DNA from: Utricularia gibba
Lineage: Eukaryota > Plantae > Magnoliophyta
Reading direction: 5' to 3'
Length of the DNA: 64,000 nucleotides
Assembly: GCA_002189035.1 (NCBI GenBank)
Contig: NEEC01000020.1
Location: 1,550,001-1,614,000, forward strand
The notes under the pieces were generated by a model. The model worked only from the letters and a program-made list of their open reading frames with translations. It did not search any database and was not told the origin of the DNA. Numbering within the stretch: position 1 is the stretch's first letter; each line of letters starts with the position of its first letter. A program made the translations under genes and the position numbers. Below, piece by piece: positions 11,812 through 24,497 of this stretch.

Positions 11812-12986
11812 TGATAACCAAAAAATTATGTAATGTTGTTAAATGCAAATTTCTGCTATCAAAAAAATTTATATCCTAATACACATTCTAGCATAAAACA
11901 ATTATGAGCATAGTGATTAGGGTTGAAAACGAAAAGCAGGTGCTTGCTATGTGAAAGTTAATGCATGAAATATGTGTTATGTTGGTAAAATTGGTCTTAA
12001 CTAGAACTAAGGCAGAACTAAAACGAAATACAATAAAGAAAAGTAATAAGTTCTGGAGCTCGGTTGTTTCTAGAATGAAATGGTGAATGCCTTGGGACTC
12101 CTAGGGAATGTATGCTCATCACTAAATAAGCTCATACAAACCACAAATCATACAACTAACTCATAAGGTCTAGGTCTGCCCGGACTCTTGTTTTTCCCCC
12201 TAATCTTTGGTCTACCTCTAATTAGAGTTGTTAAGTTGGGTTTCATTACTTCCCCTTCCTGGATCTATTCTGGTTTGTGAAGGAAGTGGCGTAACTTATG
12301 ATTTATTATGTCTAAGGATGGATTAGCATATTTCTCCCCTTTTTCACCCCAAGGCACCCCCCTAAGTGCTTAACCACTCATGCTTAAAACAAACAAAAAT
12401 AGAAGAGAAAACATCATCCACAATGCATTCATGTCTCAGTCGACTACTAGAAAAAAAACAAGCAAGAAACTGAAATGTTTGACAGAAAGCTAGAAAATGT
12501 CACTAGCTAATCTTAGTTAGGAGTAATAATCCTTGGAAAACAGAAAATAATCTTCAAGCATGAACTTAGTTCCTGTTCGTCTTCATCCTTCTTCCTTCCC
12601 AGAAAACCTTTTCCAGATCGTTGTTCGTGAGTCTCCAATGGGGATATCTGTCTTCTCTCTCATCTTCCCTCCCTTTTTAACCAAAATCTCACTTTTTCAC
12701 CTCCTTGGACTTTGTATGTACTCTTTTTCAGAATTCTACTACCTTCTATGCCACTACACTGTTCATATTTGGCTCATTGGGATTTGTGTTGCGACCTGTG
12801 CTAGATTGCTCGAAGGAAACTATTAAAAGGTTTGGACTAAATCTACGATTTAGTCCCAACTAAGGCTAAATTGGCACTACTACGGTACTTATGTGAAAAA
12901 ATATAGAATTAGGCAATAATGCTTAATTTTTGTAGCACAAAATGAGTAAATTTGATGCATTGAACCACTTAAAATATGTGTTATCA
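11812..12986 (-). repeat. 3' LTR of B1 (family A)
   Basis: TGATAACC...GTGTTATCA termini; similar to the other family-A LTRs; followed internally by revcomp of CTTGAGGACAA. Confidence 0.85.
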
Positions 12987-14499
12987 TATTATGCTATAAC
13001 GACACTAGCGTTGTCCTCAAGTCTTAACTAAGACTAAGAGGAAGCAAATAGTTAATGAATCTCCTACAATGCGATGTGGATGCTTAACATTCAGCTAAAA
13101 ACGCATGAATTGCAGGGGTGCCAATGTGCATGTGAGGGTGTCACTCAAGCATACATGACAATTTTATCCTGCAAGGTGCATTCGAAGATTAAATGAGAAA
13201 AAATAGCATGTGCTTACCTCCAAAAATTGATGATTGTCACTACTATATTTTTTTTCTTCTTCTTTTCTTTTCATTTTCTTTTTTTTTTCTACAGAGATCC
13301 AGATGAGGGAGAATATAGAGTTAACTCAAGTAAACTGTTGCTTCCCTTCTTTGTATGTGAGTTTGGGCAATGCACTCTCCTCCTTATTCCTCTGAGTTGT
13401 TCTCATAACCTCCCAGTGCTCTTTACTCTGCCGTCTACATACGCTCTTTTGTTGTGTGTTGCTTTTCAAGACATGGGTCTCATCGCTGTTTTGGTGATGA
13501 TGCCTTTTTTTTGACCCATTTGTTTTTGCTGTCTACAGATTTCGTGACAACCAATCCCCCATGAAAAATCAACACATGCCAATCTACTTAAAAAAATCTT
13601 GAATGCACCAATTTGAAAACATGCTCACTGGTTCATAAATGGCCATAACAAAATTCATGCATTTTGTGCATCATGAAAAACATCCCATGCTTGTAAGGAA
13701 ATTCCTCAACCATTCATAAAATTCTTCTGGACCTAGTGTTGTACTAAATTACTCCTAACTTAGACTAATACCATAAAAGGAAAAATAAAAACAAAAATAA
13801 AAATAAAAATAAAACTAAAGATGAGGTGATGCAGCGATGTTACTTGATCAGGGACGAGTCCTTCACTCTCTGTTTCAGTTCCTTCACTTCCCTTAACAAA
13901 TGGTTCAGCCTATCATATAGCATATCAATTCTTTCTTTGCAGCAGTAGTCCTTTCCATCCTTTACTCCCTGAAGGTCAAGGCTGCTGGGTGCCTTCAATT
14001 GAGACTTCTTCGTTCTACCATAGGAGATTCTGGGTAGGAGCAATTCCAACGTCCTCCCCAGTTTTCTTGCGCTTACTACTCTCTGATGCGGCTTTCTTGC
14101 TGGGTTTTGCACGGCATTGCTCTGGTGTTGGCGTTTTGCAGGTATCTTGCTAGCTCTTCTCTCTGCATTTCTCAGGAGCAATGTGAAACGTTTAAAACAA
14201 AATGAACTTTACAAGGAAATTTACTCCCAAATTCCCCAAGGGTTTAAGGGTGAATCTGTAAAATCATGGCAGTTAGTTGCAACCCCTTTAATTACTTTCC
14301 TGTAACCGCACTGCAACTCCCTTTTCTGCAATAGGAACACAATAAAGACTTTCCAAAATAACTCTTAGCTAAGTCTAAAAGTGCAAAAGTAAAATGATAG
14401 GAACATAAAACTACAAAAATTAAACTTGGGTTGCCTCCTAAGAGCATCCCTGTTTTTCAGTTCTGGACTAGACTTTCAGCAAGTTCTACATTGTTTCTG

Positions 14500-17400
14500 T
14501 GTCCCTTAGGACAAAAACTTCAACTTCTTCAGCAAACGTGATTTGAAGATTTTCATAAAACATCTTCAACCTATGTCCATTCACAATAAAACTTGTGTTA
14601 GTCCCTCCATCATAAACCTCCAGTGTTCCGTTTGGGAAAACTTCTTTCACTACAAATGGTCCGGTCCAACCCAGGGTATAATTTCAGTCCAGATTGAAAC
14701 AACAAAACTTTCTGAACAATTTCAAAGGACCTCCTAGAAATATGCTTGTCGTGGTAAGTTTTGGTCCTAACTTTGAATAACTTTGAGCTTTCGTACGCAT
14801 CATTTCTCAGCTCTTCCAGTTCTGAGAGCTGCAATTTTCTTTGGCTTGCACTAAGACTTTCATAAAGGTTTAGTCTCTTCACTGCCCACCAGGCTTTGTG
14901 CACTAATGCAGCAGGTAACCTGCAGGGTTTTCCATAAACCAACCTGAATGGAGAGTCCCAATTGGTGTTTTATATGCTGTTCGGATTGCCCATAAAGCAT
15001 CCCTCAGTCTCAGACTCCAGTTCTTCCTATTGGGGTTTACCAGTTTCTCCAAAATCTATTAAATCTCCCTATTTGATACCTCTGTTTGGCCATTTGTTTG
15101 TGGATAGTACGTTGTTGATGGCTTTTACCAAATGTTGAGCTGCTTCAATACACTTCTCAAGCCTTGATTATAAAAGTGCATACCTTTATCACTGATCAGT
15201 GACTAGGGAATCCCACATCGCACAAAAATGTTGTTACGCAGAAGATTGATTACTGTCTTTGTGTCATTCGTTCTTGGAGTAATGAATTCAATCCACTTTG
15301 AGACGTAATCAACAGCCACTAAAATATATTTGTAGCTTGCAGAAGTGAGGAATGGCCTCATAAAATCAATGCCCCAAACATCAAATAATTCACATACCAG
15401 AATTCCTTGTTGAGGCATTTCGTACCTATTGGATAAATTTCCCACTCTTTGGCATGGCTTACAACCCTTACAATAAGCATAACAGTCTTTGAAGATGTGA
15501 GGCCAGTTGAATCCACAGTCCAAAATTTTTGTGGCTGTACGGTTTTGTCCATGATGGCCACCAAAGGGTCCTACATGACAAGAAGTGATAATTTTAAGAA
15601 TTTCAAACTCATGAACACATATTCAAATGACGCCATCGTTGCATCTGTTCCAGAGGTAAGGATCATCCGAAATATAATATTTGACGTCGCTCTTCAGTTT
15701 GTTCTTCATGTGATAATCAATTCCCGGTGGCATCACTCCTGCTGAAACAAAGTTAGCCAAGTTTGCAAACCACGGTTCGCGAATATTAGTCCTAACTAAG
15801 AATAATTGTTCATTCGGAAATGCTTCAGTGATAGGACTATTATTCTTATTCCCTTCCATCCTGCTGAGATGGTCAGCGACCATGTTCTCCTTTCAGAGCC
15901 TGTCTTTAATTTCCACATCGAACTCCTGAACAAGGAGAACCCATCTGATCAACCGCGGTTTAGTCTCCTTCTTTTCCATCAAGTGCTTTACCGCTGAATG
16001 TTCTGTGTAGACCACTACCTTGCTCCCTAATTTCTCCAAAGCAAAAATCACAGCTAGAAATTCTCTTTTATCACAATATAATTTTTCTAAACATCATCCA
16101 AGGTTTTAGAGGCATAGGAAATAACATGATGTTTCCCTTCAATTTTCTGTCCTAAAACTGCCCCTACAGCATAACTACTAGCATCACACAGAATCTTGAA
16201 ATCATACCTCAAGTTTGGTGGTTGAATCACAGGAGCAGTAGTCAACCTCTTTTAAGCAATTAAAAGCATTTTTGCATGAATCATCAAAAATAAATTCCAC
16301 ATCATTATGCAAAAGTCTACTAAGAGGCAAGGCAATCTTAGAAAAATTCTGAATAAATCTTCTATAAAAACCAACATGTCTCAAAAAATGATCTTACACC
16401 CTTAACATCAATGGGATATGGTAATTCAGTCATAATTTCAATTTTTTCTTTGTCTATCTCAATACCTTTCCTAGAAATAACATGGCCAAGCACAATTCCA
16501 TGATCAACCATAAAATGACATTTTTCAGAATTAAGAACAAGATTTTTTTCAACACATTTTCGCAAAACCTGATCCAAATGGTCTAAACATGACTCATAAT
16601 CTTCTCCATACATTGTAAAATCGTCCATAAAAATTTCAATGAAATCCTCAGCAAAGTTTGAGAAGATGCTGGTCATACACCTCTAGGGCATTGCACAACC
16701 CAAAGGGCATCCTTCTATAGGCATAAGTCCCAAATGGACAGGTAAAAGTAGTCTTGTCTTGATCCGTTCCTGAAATTGCAACTTGGTTATATCCAGAATA
16801 ACCATCTAAGAAACAATAAAAAGATTTTCCTGCTAATTGTTCGTGCATTTGATCAATGAAAGGTAAGTGGTAATGGTCCTTCTTGGTCACTTCATTTAAT
16901 TTCCTATAGTCTATGCATACTCTCCATCCATTTTGAATTCTATGAGGCACCAGCTCTCCCTTCTCGTTCTCCACCACTGTCATCTTGATTCCCGCCGCAC
17001 TCCTTTACGCCTCATTTGTGGAGATTCGGAGATCGGAAACTTCCCTGCGGTTTCGCTGCTAGAGTGATGCGGGTTAGCGGTCTGTTCACGCCGACCAGTC
17101 TTCTTGGGCACCACATTCACCCATTCACTGTCTGTGATGGATTAGATAATACCTGCATCATGGAGTTTTACAATTTCTTTCTTTACCACTTCCATCATAT
17201 TTGGGTTGAGGCGACTTTGTGGCTAGTGAACAGGTTTTGCTCCATCTTCTAATAAAATTCTTTGCATACATATAGAGGGAGAGATGCCTTCAATATCTGC
17301 AAGACTCCAGCCAATCGCCTTCTTGTTCCTGATCAGCATGTCCAGCACTCGTGACTCTTGGTCTAAGCTAAGACTATTTGAGATGATAACTAGGTTGTTC

Positions 17401-18421
17401 ATTTCTTCATCCAAGAATGCGTACTTCAAGTGTGGGACCAGTGGCTTCAGCTTAACTGTCCTCTCTTCCAGAGTCTTGACTTGCATGGCATTCACCTGTT
17501 CTGACCCTTTTTCAGCTTCCACTCTTGCAAAAATGATTCCTCATGCTCTTCTTCCTTCTCTTGAATAGCCTTCTCAAGATGTTCTTCAACCAACTTATCC
17601 AACATGTCCACTGAGCATACACTCTCAAAATCGTTGGGATAATTGTTCACCTCTTTCATGTCCAACGTAATCTTTTCTTCATTAAAGGATAATTCAATCG
17701 TGCCCATCTTCACATTAATTATGGCATTGGAAGCGCTGAAGAATGACCTTCCAAGGATGATGGTTGTATCCCTCGAACTTCCAGCAGGCATGTTTACCAC
17801 ATAGAAGTCTGCTGGAAACACAGCTGCTCAATCTTCACAAGAACATCCTCAACCAAGCCTTTGGGAGAAATAACTCTTTGGTCAGCAAGTTCAATTTCCA
17901 CTCCTGAGAATTTCGTACACAGGAAATGACATCATGTTTATGGAGGCTCCCAAGTCAGCCATGGCTCTCCTAATATTCAGGTCACCTATTTTGCAAGGAA
18001 TAAAAAATGTTCCAAGGTCCTTGCGTTTTTCAGGTAGTTTCCAAGTCAAAAGAGCTGAACAACTCTCACTCAACTTCACCTTGCCTTTTTCCTTTAGTTT
18101 AGGCTTTGACATATAGAGCTGCTTCAGGTATTTCATGCTTTTGGGCACCAAGTCAATATACTCCAACAATGTCAAATTTAATTGAGTATTACCTAAAGTT
18201 CTCAACATTTTTTCTTTTTCATTTTGCTCTTCTCTCGTTCTCAGTCTTCCTGGAAATGGTGGTGGGGTTACTTTTACCATGAGAGACTTAGTAGCAATCT
18301 CCACCTCATGTTCTTCAGCATCTCCTTCCACCTCAACTTCAGACTCTTTTACTGTCTCTAAATTACTTTTAGGTTGGACTAATTCACTTCCAGGTTTTTC
18401 TTTTCCTCTTCTTAATATCAT
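14500..18421 (-). pseudogene. Degenerate gag-tail/protease/RT/RNase H/integrase of B1
   Basis: ORFs 17891-18421, 17492-17821, 17223-17522, 16648-16983, 16362-16676, 16202-16384, 15623-15883, 15203-15523 and 14610-14942 are consecutive pol pieces. Confidence 0.92.
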
Positions 18422-19679
18422 TGTGCTGATATTTTGTCCTCCCCCAGAGTTGGGATTCTGTTTGGCTTGTGTCGGTAGGCTTCCTTTTTGTGTGTACCCT
18501 TTTTCACACTTCTGCCACCTTCTCTGCCACTACGTGTTCAATTCGGCTCCTTGGGACTTGTGTTGCGACCTATGCTACATTGCTCGAAGGAAACTATTAG
18601 AAGGTTGGGACTAAAATAACACGACTACGACACTATGTGCAAAAATATGGAACTAGGCAATAAAGCATAATTTTTGTAGCACAATATGAGTAATTTTCAT
18701 GTATTCAATCACTCAAAAATATGTGTTTTCATACTATGTTACAACGACCCTACACTTGTCCTCAAGTCCTAATTAAGACTAACAAGATGCAAATAGTTAA
18801 TGAATCTCGTACACAGCGATGTGGATGCTTAACATTCATCTAAAAATGCATGAATTGAAGGGGTGCCAGTGTCCATGTGAGGGTGTCACTTAAGCATACA
18901 TGCCGGTTTATCCTGATAGGTGCATTCAAAGATTAAATTAGGAAGAATAGCATATGTTTACCTCCCAAGAATGCTCGTTGTCACTATTATTTTTCCTCTT
19001 TCTCTTCTCTCTTTTTTCATTCTCTTTTTTTTTCTACAGAGATTGAGCCCAGGGAAAATTTAGAGTTCAACTCAAGTAATTGTTGCTTCCCCTCTTTGTG
19101 TTTGAGTGTGGGCGATGCACTCTCCTACTTATTTCTCCAAGGGTCTCTTCTACTCCTCTGAATTGTTCTCATAACCTCCTTGTGCTCTGTACTCTGCCGT
19201 ATACACACGCTCTTTTGTTGTGTGTTGCTTTTCAAGATGTGGGTCTCATCGCTTTTCTCGTGATGATGCTTTTCTCACCCCTTTTTTTCTTTGCTATTTA
19301 CGAATTCCATGACAACCAGTCTTCCATGAAGGATCAACACATGCAACTTTGCTTAAAAAAAATTTTGAATACACCAATCTGATTATCTTGAACATGTTGC
19401 TACCTCATGGAAATAATCAAGAGAAAACATGCTCACTAGTTCATAAATGGCCATAAAAAAATTTATGTATTTCATGCATCATGGAAAACATCCCAAGCTT
19501 GCAAGAAAATTACTCAACTATTTACAAAATTCTCCTGACCCTAGCACTGGTTCATAAATGACCTTACTAAATTACTCCTAACTTAGACTAACACCATAAA
19601 AATAAAAATGAAAATGAAAATAAAAATAAAAATAAAAATAAAAATAAAAATAAAGATAAGGCAATGCAGCGATGTTACT

Positions 19680-21557
19680 TGATCAGGGAGGAATCCTTCA
19701 CTCCCTATTTTAGTTCCTTCACTTCCCTTAACAAATCCCCCAGCCTATCATATATCATATCAATTCTTTTTTTGCAGTAGCAGTCCTTTTCATTCTTCAC
19801 TTTGTGTGGTCCTTGTCGAGAAGTCCCTGCTTTTTCTTTCTATGCAGGCAGGTTGTTGCAAATTCCTGCTGGAGACCTAAACAAAAAACTACTCCCCTTC
19901 GCTTGGATTAATCCAACGGTTTTAAGAAAGTGAGCATTCAAAGGGAATATTTTTGTCTCCACATGGAAATATTCTAGCTCATGAATTCGATCAGCACATA
20001 GTCTTTGAGCAAGGAGAGTGATTACATTACAAAACCTGAGATGATTGATGGTTTTCACCGATAGTCCCTGTTCATTTGCTCAGCTAAAACTGCCCCAAGA
20101 TTGAATGATTTCTTATGCAACAAACACCACATGACAAATAATTCACATTTATATAATGTATTGAATCCAAGGGCTCTTTCAAATAGCACATCAGAAATCA
20201 ACAAATGGACATATTGTGCAGCAGGTTTTGTAATTAAATCAACCGTTGCACCCTTAGGTTTAAATTCTATAACATACTGACTAGTTAACATCTCATACAC
20301 TTCCTTAGCATTGAAATCATCAGTATAATCAAATAAGGAGGTGGCAAACGCATGCGAATCAACATGCTGCTCAGAACAGAATCCTAAGGTTAAACACTAT
20401 TCAACAATTGATAGGGAAAATTCTTTTACTAACAATCTAAATAAAATTGCTCCTGGTGTAATCACAGTTTCTGGTTTTTCATAACATAATGTGGAAGCAA
20501 ATTCTTATACAAGTTCAACATAGAAAGGGTAATTCATATCGCACAAAATAAGCATCGCAGAATTTTCTAGCAGAGAATGAACTTCAGTAACTATTCCCAA
20601 TTTCACCAAGATCTCATAATCTATGATGCGGCAAGGCATCACCTTTGTCCCTTTTACCTCATCATACCTGGTGGCAAATTCTTCATCCTCAAACTGAAGA
20701 TATTTCAAGTTTAACATCTCTTCATGCTGCTTAAAATAAGGAATGCCCTTGCTGGTCATTCTTCGTTGTGATTTCCCCTTCTCTTCCTCTTCAAGCTTAC
20801 CTGAACTCAAGAACAATGGGACAAGGTTAGGTAAGAATTTTTCTCATTTTGTTTGAACCACTTGTTCCTCCTCCCTGCTGGCATTTTTCTCCATTTCTTC
20901 TATTTCTAGTTCAGGTTGATGCTGCTTCTTTGTTCTGCTTCTTGTTCTCTTTGCAACCAGATTTTGGTCATCCTCTTCCTCCCTTGCTACTGTAGCAGTA
21001 GGTGTGGGTGGCTACTCACTTTCTGCTGGAACTTGTTTTTCTTCCCTAGCTTCATCTTCCTTTTCTTCAGTTGGTTGCTCTGCAATTTTCATGATTTCTT
21101 CCACCTCTACTGGTGCAATTTCTTCTTCAAGTGCAGTTTGCGTGGTGATTTCCTGTTGCTTCCTCTGGCCTTTTCTCCCTTCTCCTTTTTCTGGTACACA
21201 ATCTGGGATACCTTTGTAACTCCTTTGTAGTTCCCTCAATTTTTGCTGAAGGTCAGAGCTATTGGGTGCCTTCAGTCGTGGGCTTCTTCGTTCTACCATA
21301 GGAGGCTCTGTTGCTTCTTGAGAAGGAGTTCCTCCTAGATTTGCTGCATGCAAGAGAGTATCTACACCTTGAAATGCTTCTTCTGTTGGGGCTGCGACCT
21401 TGATTTGTTCCTGGATAGGAGTAATAGTTTCTGCCTTCCCAGTTTTCTTGCGCTTGCTGCTTTCAACAGTGATCTTCTTGTTTGATTTTGCAGCAGCAGC
21501 ACTCTGATGTTGGCATTTTGTAAGCATCTTGTGAGATAATCTTTCTGTAATTCTCAA
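19680..21557 (-). pseudogene. Athila accessory ('env-like'/putative plant transposon protein) ORF of B2, frameshifted
   Basis: Pieces 21012-21557, 20505-20816 (F.DEEFATRY...RIIDYEILVKLG...PFYVELV), 20055-20300 (LFVMWCLLHKKSFNLGAVLA) and 19840-20058. Confidence 0.75.
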
Positions 21558-21849
21558 GAGAAAGGTGAAACGGTTGAAACCAAATAAACTTTACAATGGA
21601 ATTCACCCCCAAATTCACCAAGGGGTTGGGGGAAGATTTGTAAAATCCTAAAAATTAAACATTTCCACTATACTTATCTTGCATGTAACCACAGATTAAT
21701 TCCCCATTTTGCAATAGGAACACAGCAAAAACTCTCCAAAATAACTCCTAGCTAAGTCTAAAAGTGTGAAAGTTAAATGACAGAAAAATTAAACCAACAG
21801 AAATTAAACTTGAGTTGCCTCCAAGAGCGTCCTTGTTTCCAGTCCTGGA

Positions 21850-22275
21850 CTAGACTTTCTTTGAGTCTACATTTTTCCAGTCCTGCAAGTTAACTCCTTG
21901 CATATCATTAGCAACGTCCTGGGCCTCACTGTTAAAAGTTTTACAAGAATTGTTCAACATTTTGAATACTCCATCTTTGCATCTCCTCCACCAATATGGA
22001 TCATCCCACAAGTCAGATTTTTTATCATTGAGATACATGTTCTTTTCATTGAATTTATCTCCCACTTGTACAATTCCTGTAGCAATGAAATTAAAAATAT
22101 CAGTACAACCTCGTTCCCAAGTTATAGTCTTACCTAGGAGTAACTGTTCATCAAGACATGTTTCTGCAACCATATAAGCATCTTTAGATCCATCAATTTT
22201 CCTGAAATAATTAATACAAACATTCTCCCCTTCAACATTATCCAAAATTTTCTCCCCTTCAAAATTATCCTTCAA
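21850..22275 (-). CDS. 141-codon open frame: diverged RNase H-tail/INT linker fused to the INT C-terminal tail (mini-pol remnant)
   Basis: Colinear with the B1 linker (GENMVADHLSRMEGNK...EQL...DDPYLWNRCNDGV vs GENVCINYFRKIDGSK...EQL...DDPYWWRRCKDGV). It begins at TTG, not ATG, so translation is unproven. Confidence 0.45.
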   Translation of the reverse strand: MKDNFEGEKILDNVEGENVCINYFRKIDGSKDAYMVAETCLDEQLLLGKTITWERGCTDIFNFIATGIVQVGDKFNEKNMYLNDKKSDLWDDPYWWRRCKDGVFKMLNNSCKTFNSEAQDVANDMQGVNLQDWKNVDSKKV

Positions 22276-22415
22276 ATAATGTTAGTCTTATCTTTGGTCC
22301 GAGATAAGACTAACACTGGAATTTTTCTTCTCAACATCAGCCAAAACCAGTTTCTTGTGAGTTTGAAAAGGCTTGAAATTCACATATTTATCTTTTGATT
22401 CACCTTCTACAGCAT

Positions 22416-24462
22416 TCAAATGCCCCATCTTTCTCCATATCCATTTTTCTTTTTGTCATCTTCTCTCTCTATATGTTCTTCAACTAATTTATTTAGGACG
22501 TCCACTGAGCATACACTCTCAAAATTGCTGGGATAATTGTTCACTTTCTTCATGTCTAGCGTAATCTTTTCTTCATTAAAGGATAACTCAATTGTACCCA
22601 TCTTCACATTAATTATGGCATTGGAAGTGCTCAAGAAGGGTCTTCCAAGGATGATGGTTGTATCCCTTGAACTTCTAGCAGGCATATTCACCACATAAAA
22701 GTCTGTTGGAAACACTAGCTGCCCAATCTTCAAAAGAATGTCTTGAACCAAGCCTTTTGGAGAAATAATTCTTCGATCAGCAAGCTCAATTTGCGCTCTT
22801 GAGGCTTGTAGAGGTCCTAACCTGAGAGTCTCTTATATAGAAAATGACATTACGTTTATAGATGCTCCCAGGTAAGCCATTGCTTTCCTGATGTTCAGGT
22901 CACCTATTTTGCAATGAAGAAAAAATGTTCCAGGGTCCTTGCATTTTTCAGGTAGTTTCCAAGTCAAAAGGGCTGAACAACTCTCACCTAGCTTGACCTT
23001 GCCTTTTTCCTTCAATTTTGGTTTTGACATACAGAGCTGCTTCAGGTATTTCACGCTTTTAGGCACCAAATCAATATACTCCAAGAATGCCAAATTTAAT
23101 TGAGTATTACCCAAGGCTCTCAACATATTTTCTTTTTCATTTTGCTCTTCTCTCGCCTTCAACCTTCCTGAAAATGGTGGTGAGGTTACTTTTACGACAA
23201 GAAGCTCAGTAGCAATCTCCACCTCTTGTTCTTCAGCATCTCCTTCCAACTCAACTTTATACTCTTCTCCCGTCACTAAATTACTCTTAGGTTGGACTAA
23301 TTCTCTTCCAGGTTTTTCTTTTATGCTTCTTAGTGTCATTGTGTTGATATTTTCTCCACCCTTAGAGTTGGGATTTTTTTTGGCTTGCGACGGTAGGCTT
23401 CCTTTTTGCTTCAGTTCCCCAATCTCTGTTGCTAGCTGAATAACTTGAATTTCTAAACTCTGGATAGCTGGTTGATTCTCAGCTGGGTTCTTGATTGATT
23501 AGGTCATGAAAGTCTTTAAAATATCCTCTAATGAACTTCCAGAATTTCATCCGGAATTATTCTGGTTTGGAGGCGGAAATTGCTATTGCATCTGCTAGTT
23601 TTGCTTGCAAAGTTGTGGAGCGTGATAAGAAGTTGCTTCTGCTCTTGGAAATTTTGCTGAAATCCTTGTTGTCCATCAAAAATTTAGATGATCCTCCATT
23701 CCAGGATTGTAGGTATTCGAATAGGGATCATATTTCTTCCTTTGTTGTTCTAAATATCCCATTGCTTTCACATGTTCTTCCTCCATTAATTCGGGACATT
23801 TATCAGCAATGTGTCCCATTCTGTGGTAGTTCCCGCAGGACATATTCCTAGCTTGGAATAAAAAAAGTTCCTTCATCATCTCAGACATGGTAGCCACATT
23901 TTTCGTCAGCTCACTTTCTGATGAATTTGGCTTGAATTCTAGATCATAAACCCTTCTGTTCAAGGCTTGTTTTCTGATTATATACCTAGAATGTTCAGCC
24001 AACTCATCAAGTAATGCAAGAGCTTTCGTGAGAGTTTTTTTCTGAAAAATCTACCTGCTGCAAAATCCACCATGGCTCTATTGTGCATAGAAGACCATCA
24101 TAAAAATACTTGACCAATGTATTAGTCTGAAATCCATGGTGTGAAAAGGAGCCTAGCTGGTGATTAAAATGCTCCTAATATTCATGTAAAGATTCACCAT
24201 TGGAGTGCTCCATATCACTGATCTCCTTCCTTATTCCTTCAGCCTTTTAAGAAGGGAAATATTTAATGAGAAATACTTTCTTCATCCCACTCCAATATGT
24301 GATGCTCCTAGGCTTCAAAGAGTTGAACCACGTTTTTGCACTTCCTTCTAGTGTAAATTGGAATGCCCTCAAACACATGGTATCCTCAGTCATACCAGAA
24401 CTCTTAAAATAGGTGCAAATAGCAGTCACATTGTCAAGATGTTCATGTGGGTTCTCACCCAC
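22416..24462 (-). pseudogene. gag-protease of B2
   Basis: ORFs 24247-24462, 23676-24002, 22833-23339 and 22416-22751. The last two are very similar to B1 17492-18421. Confidence 0.88.
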
Positions 24463-24497
24463 TTCTCCATAATACTTGGGCAGAATTCAAGAAAGAT

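Larger units (their letters stand above)
11812..18490 (-). mobile_element. Athila-like Ty3/gypsy element B1 (3' LTR, UTR, truncated accessory ORF, degenerate pol, end of gag); 5' end deleted
   Basis: LTR at 11812-12986. Minus-strand ORF pieces for INT (VWGIDFM, VDYVSKW), RNase H, RT (RVCIDYRKLN, FMDDF), protease (DLGASIN) and the gag tail. Many frameshifts. Confidence 0.92.
18491..24497 (-). mobile_element. Athila-like non-autonomous element B2 (partial 3' LTR, UTR, accessory ORF, mini-pol remnant, protease, gag); interrupted at 24497 by element C
   Basis: Partial LTR at 18491-18731. UTR 18740-19700 resembles 13000-13870. Gag (GENPHEHL...FQFTLEGSAKTWF) and protease (YLGASIN...ILGRPFL) are present. 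No RT, RNase H or INT catalytic motifs. Confidence 0.88.
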
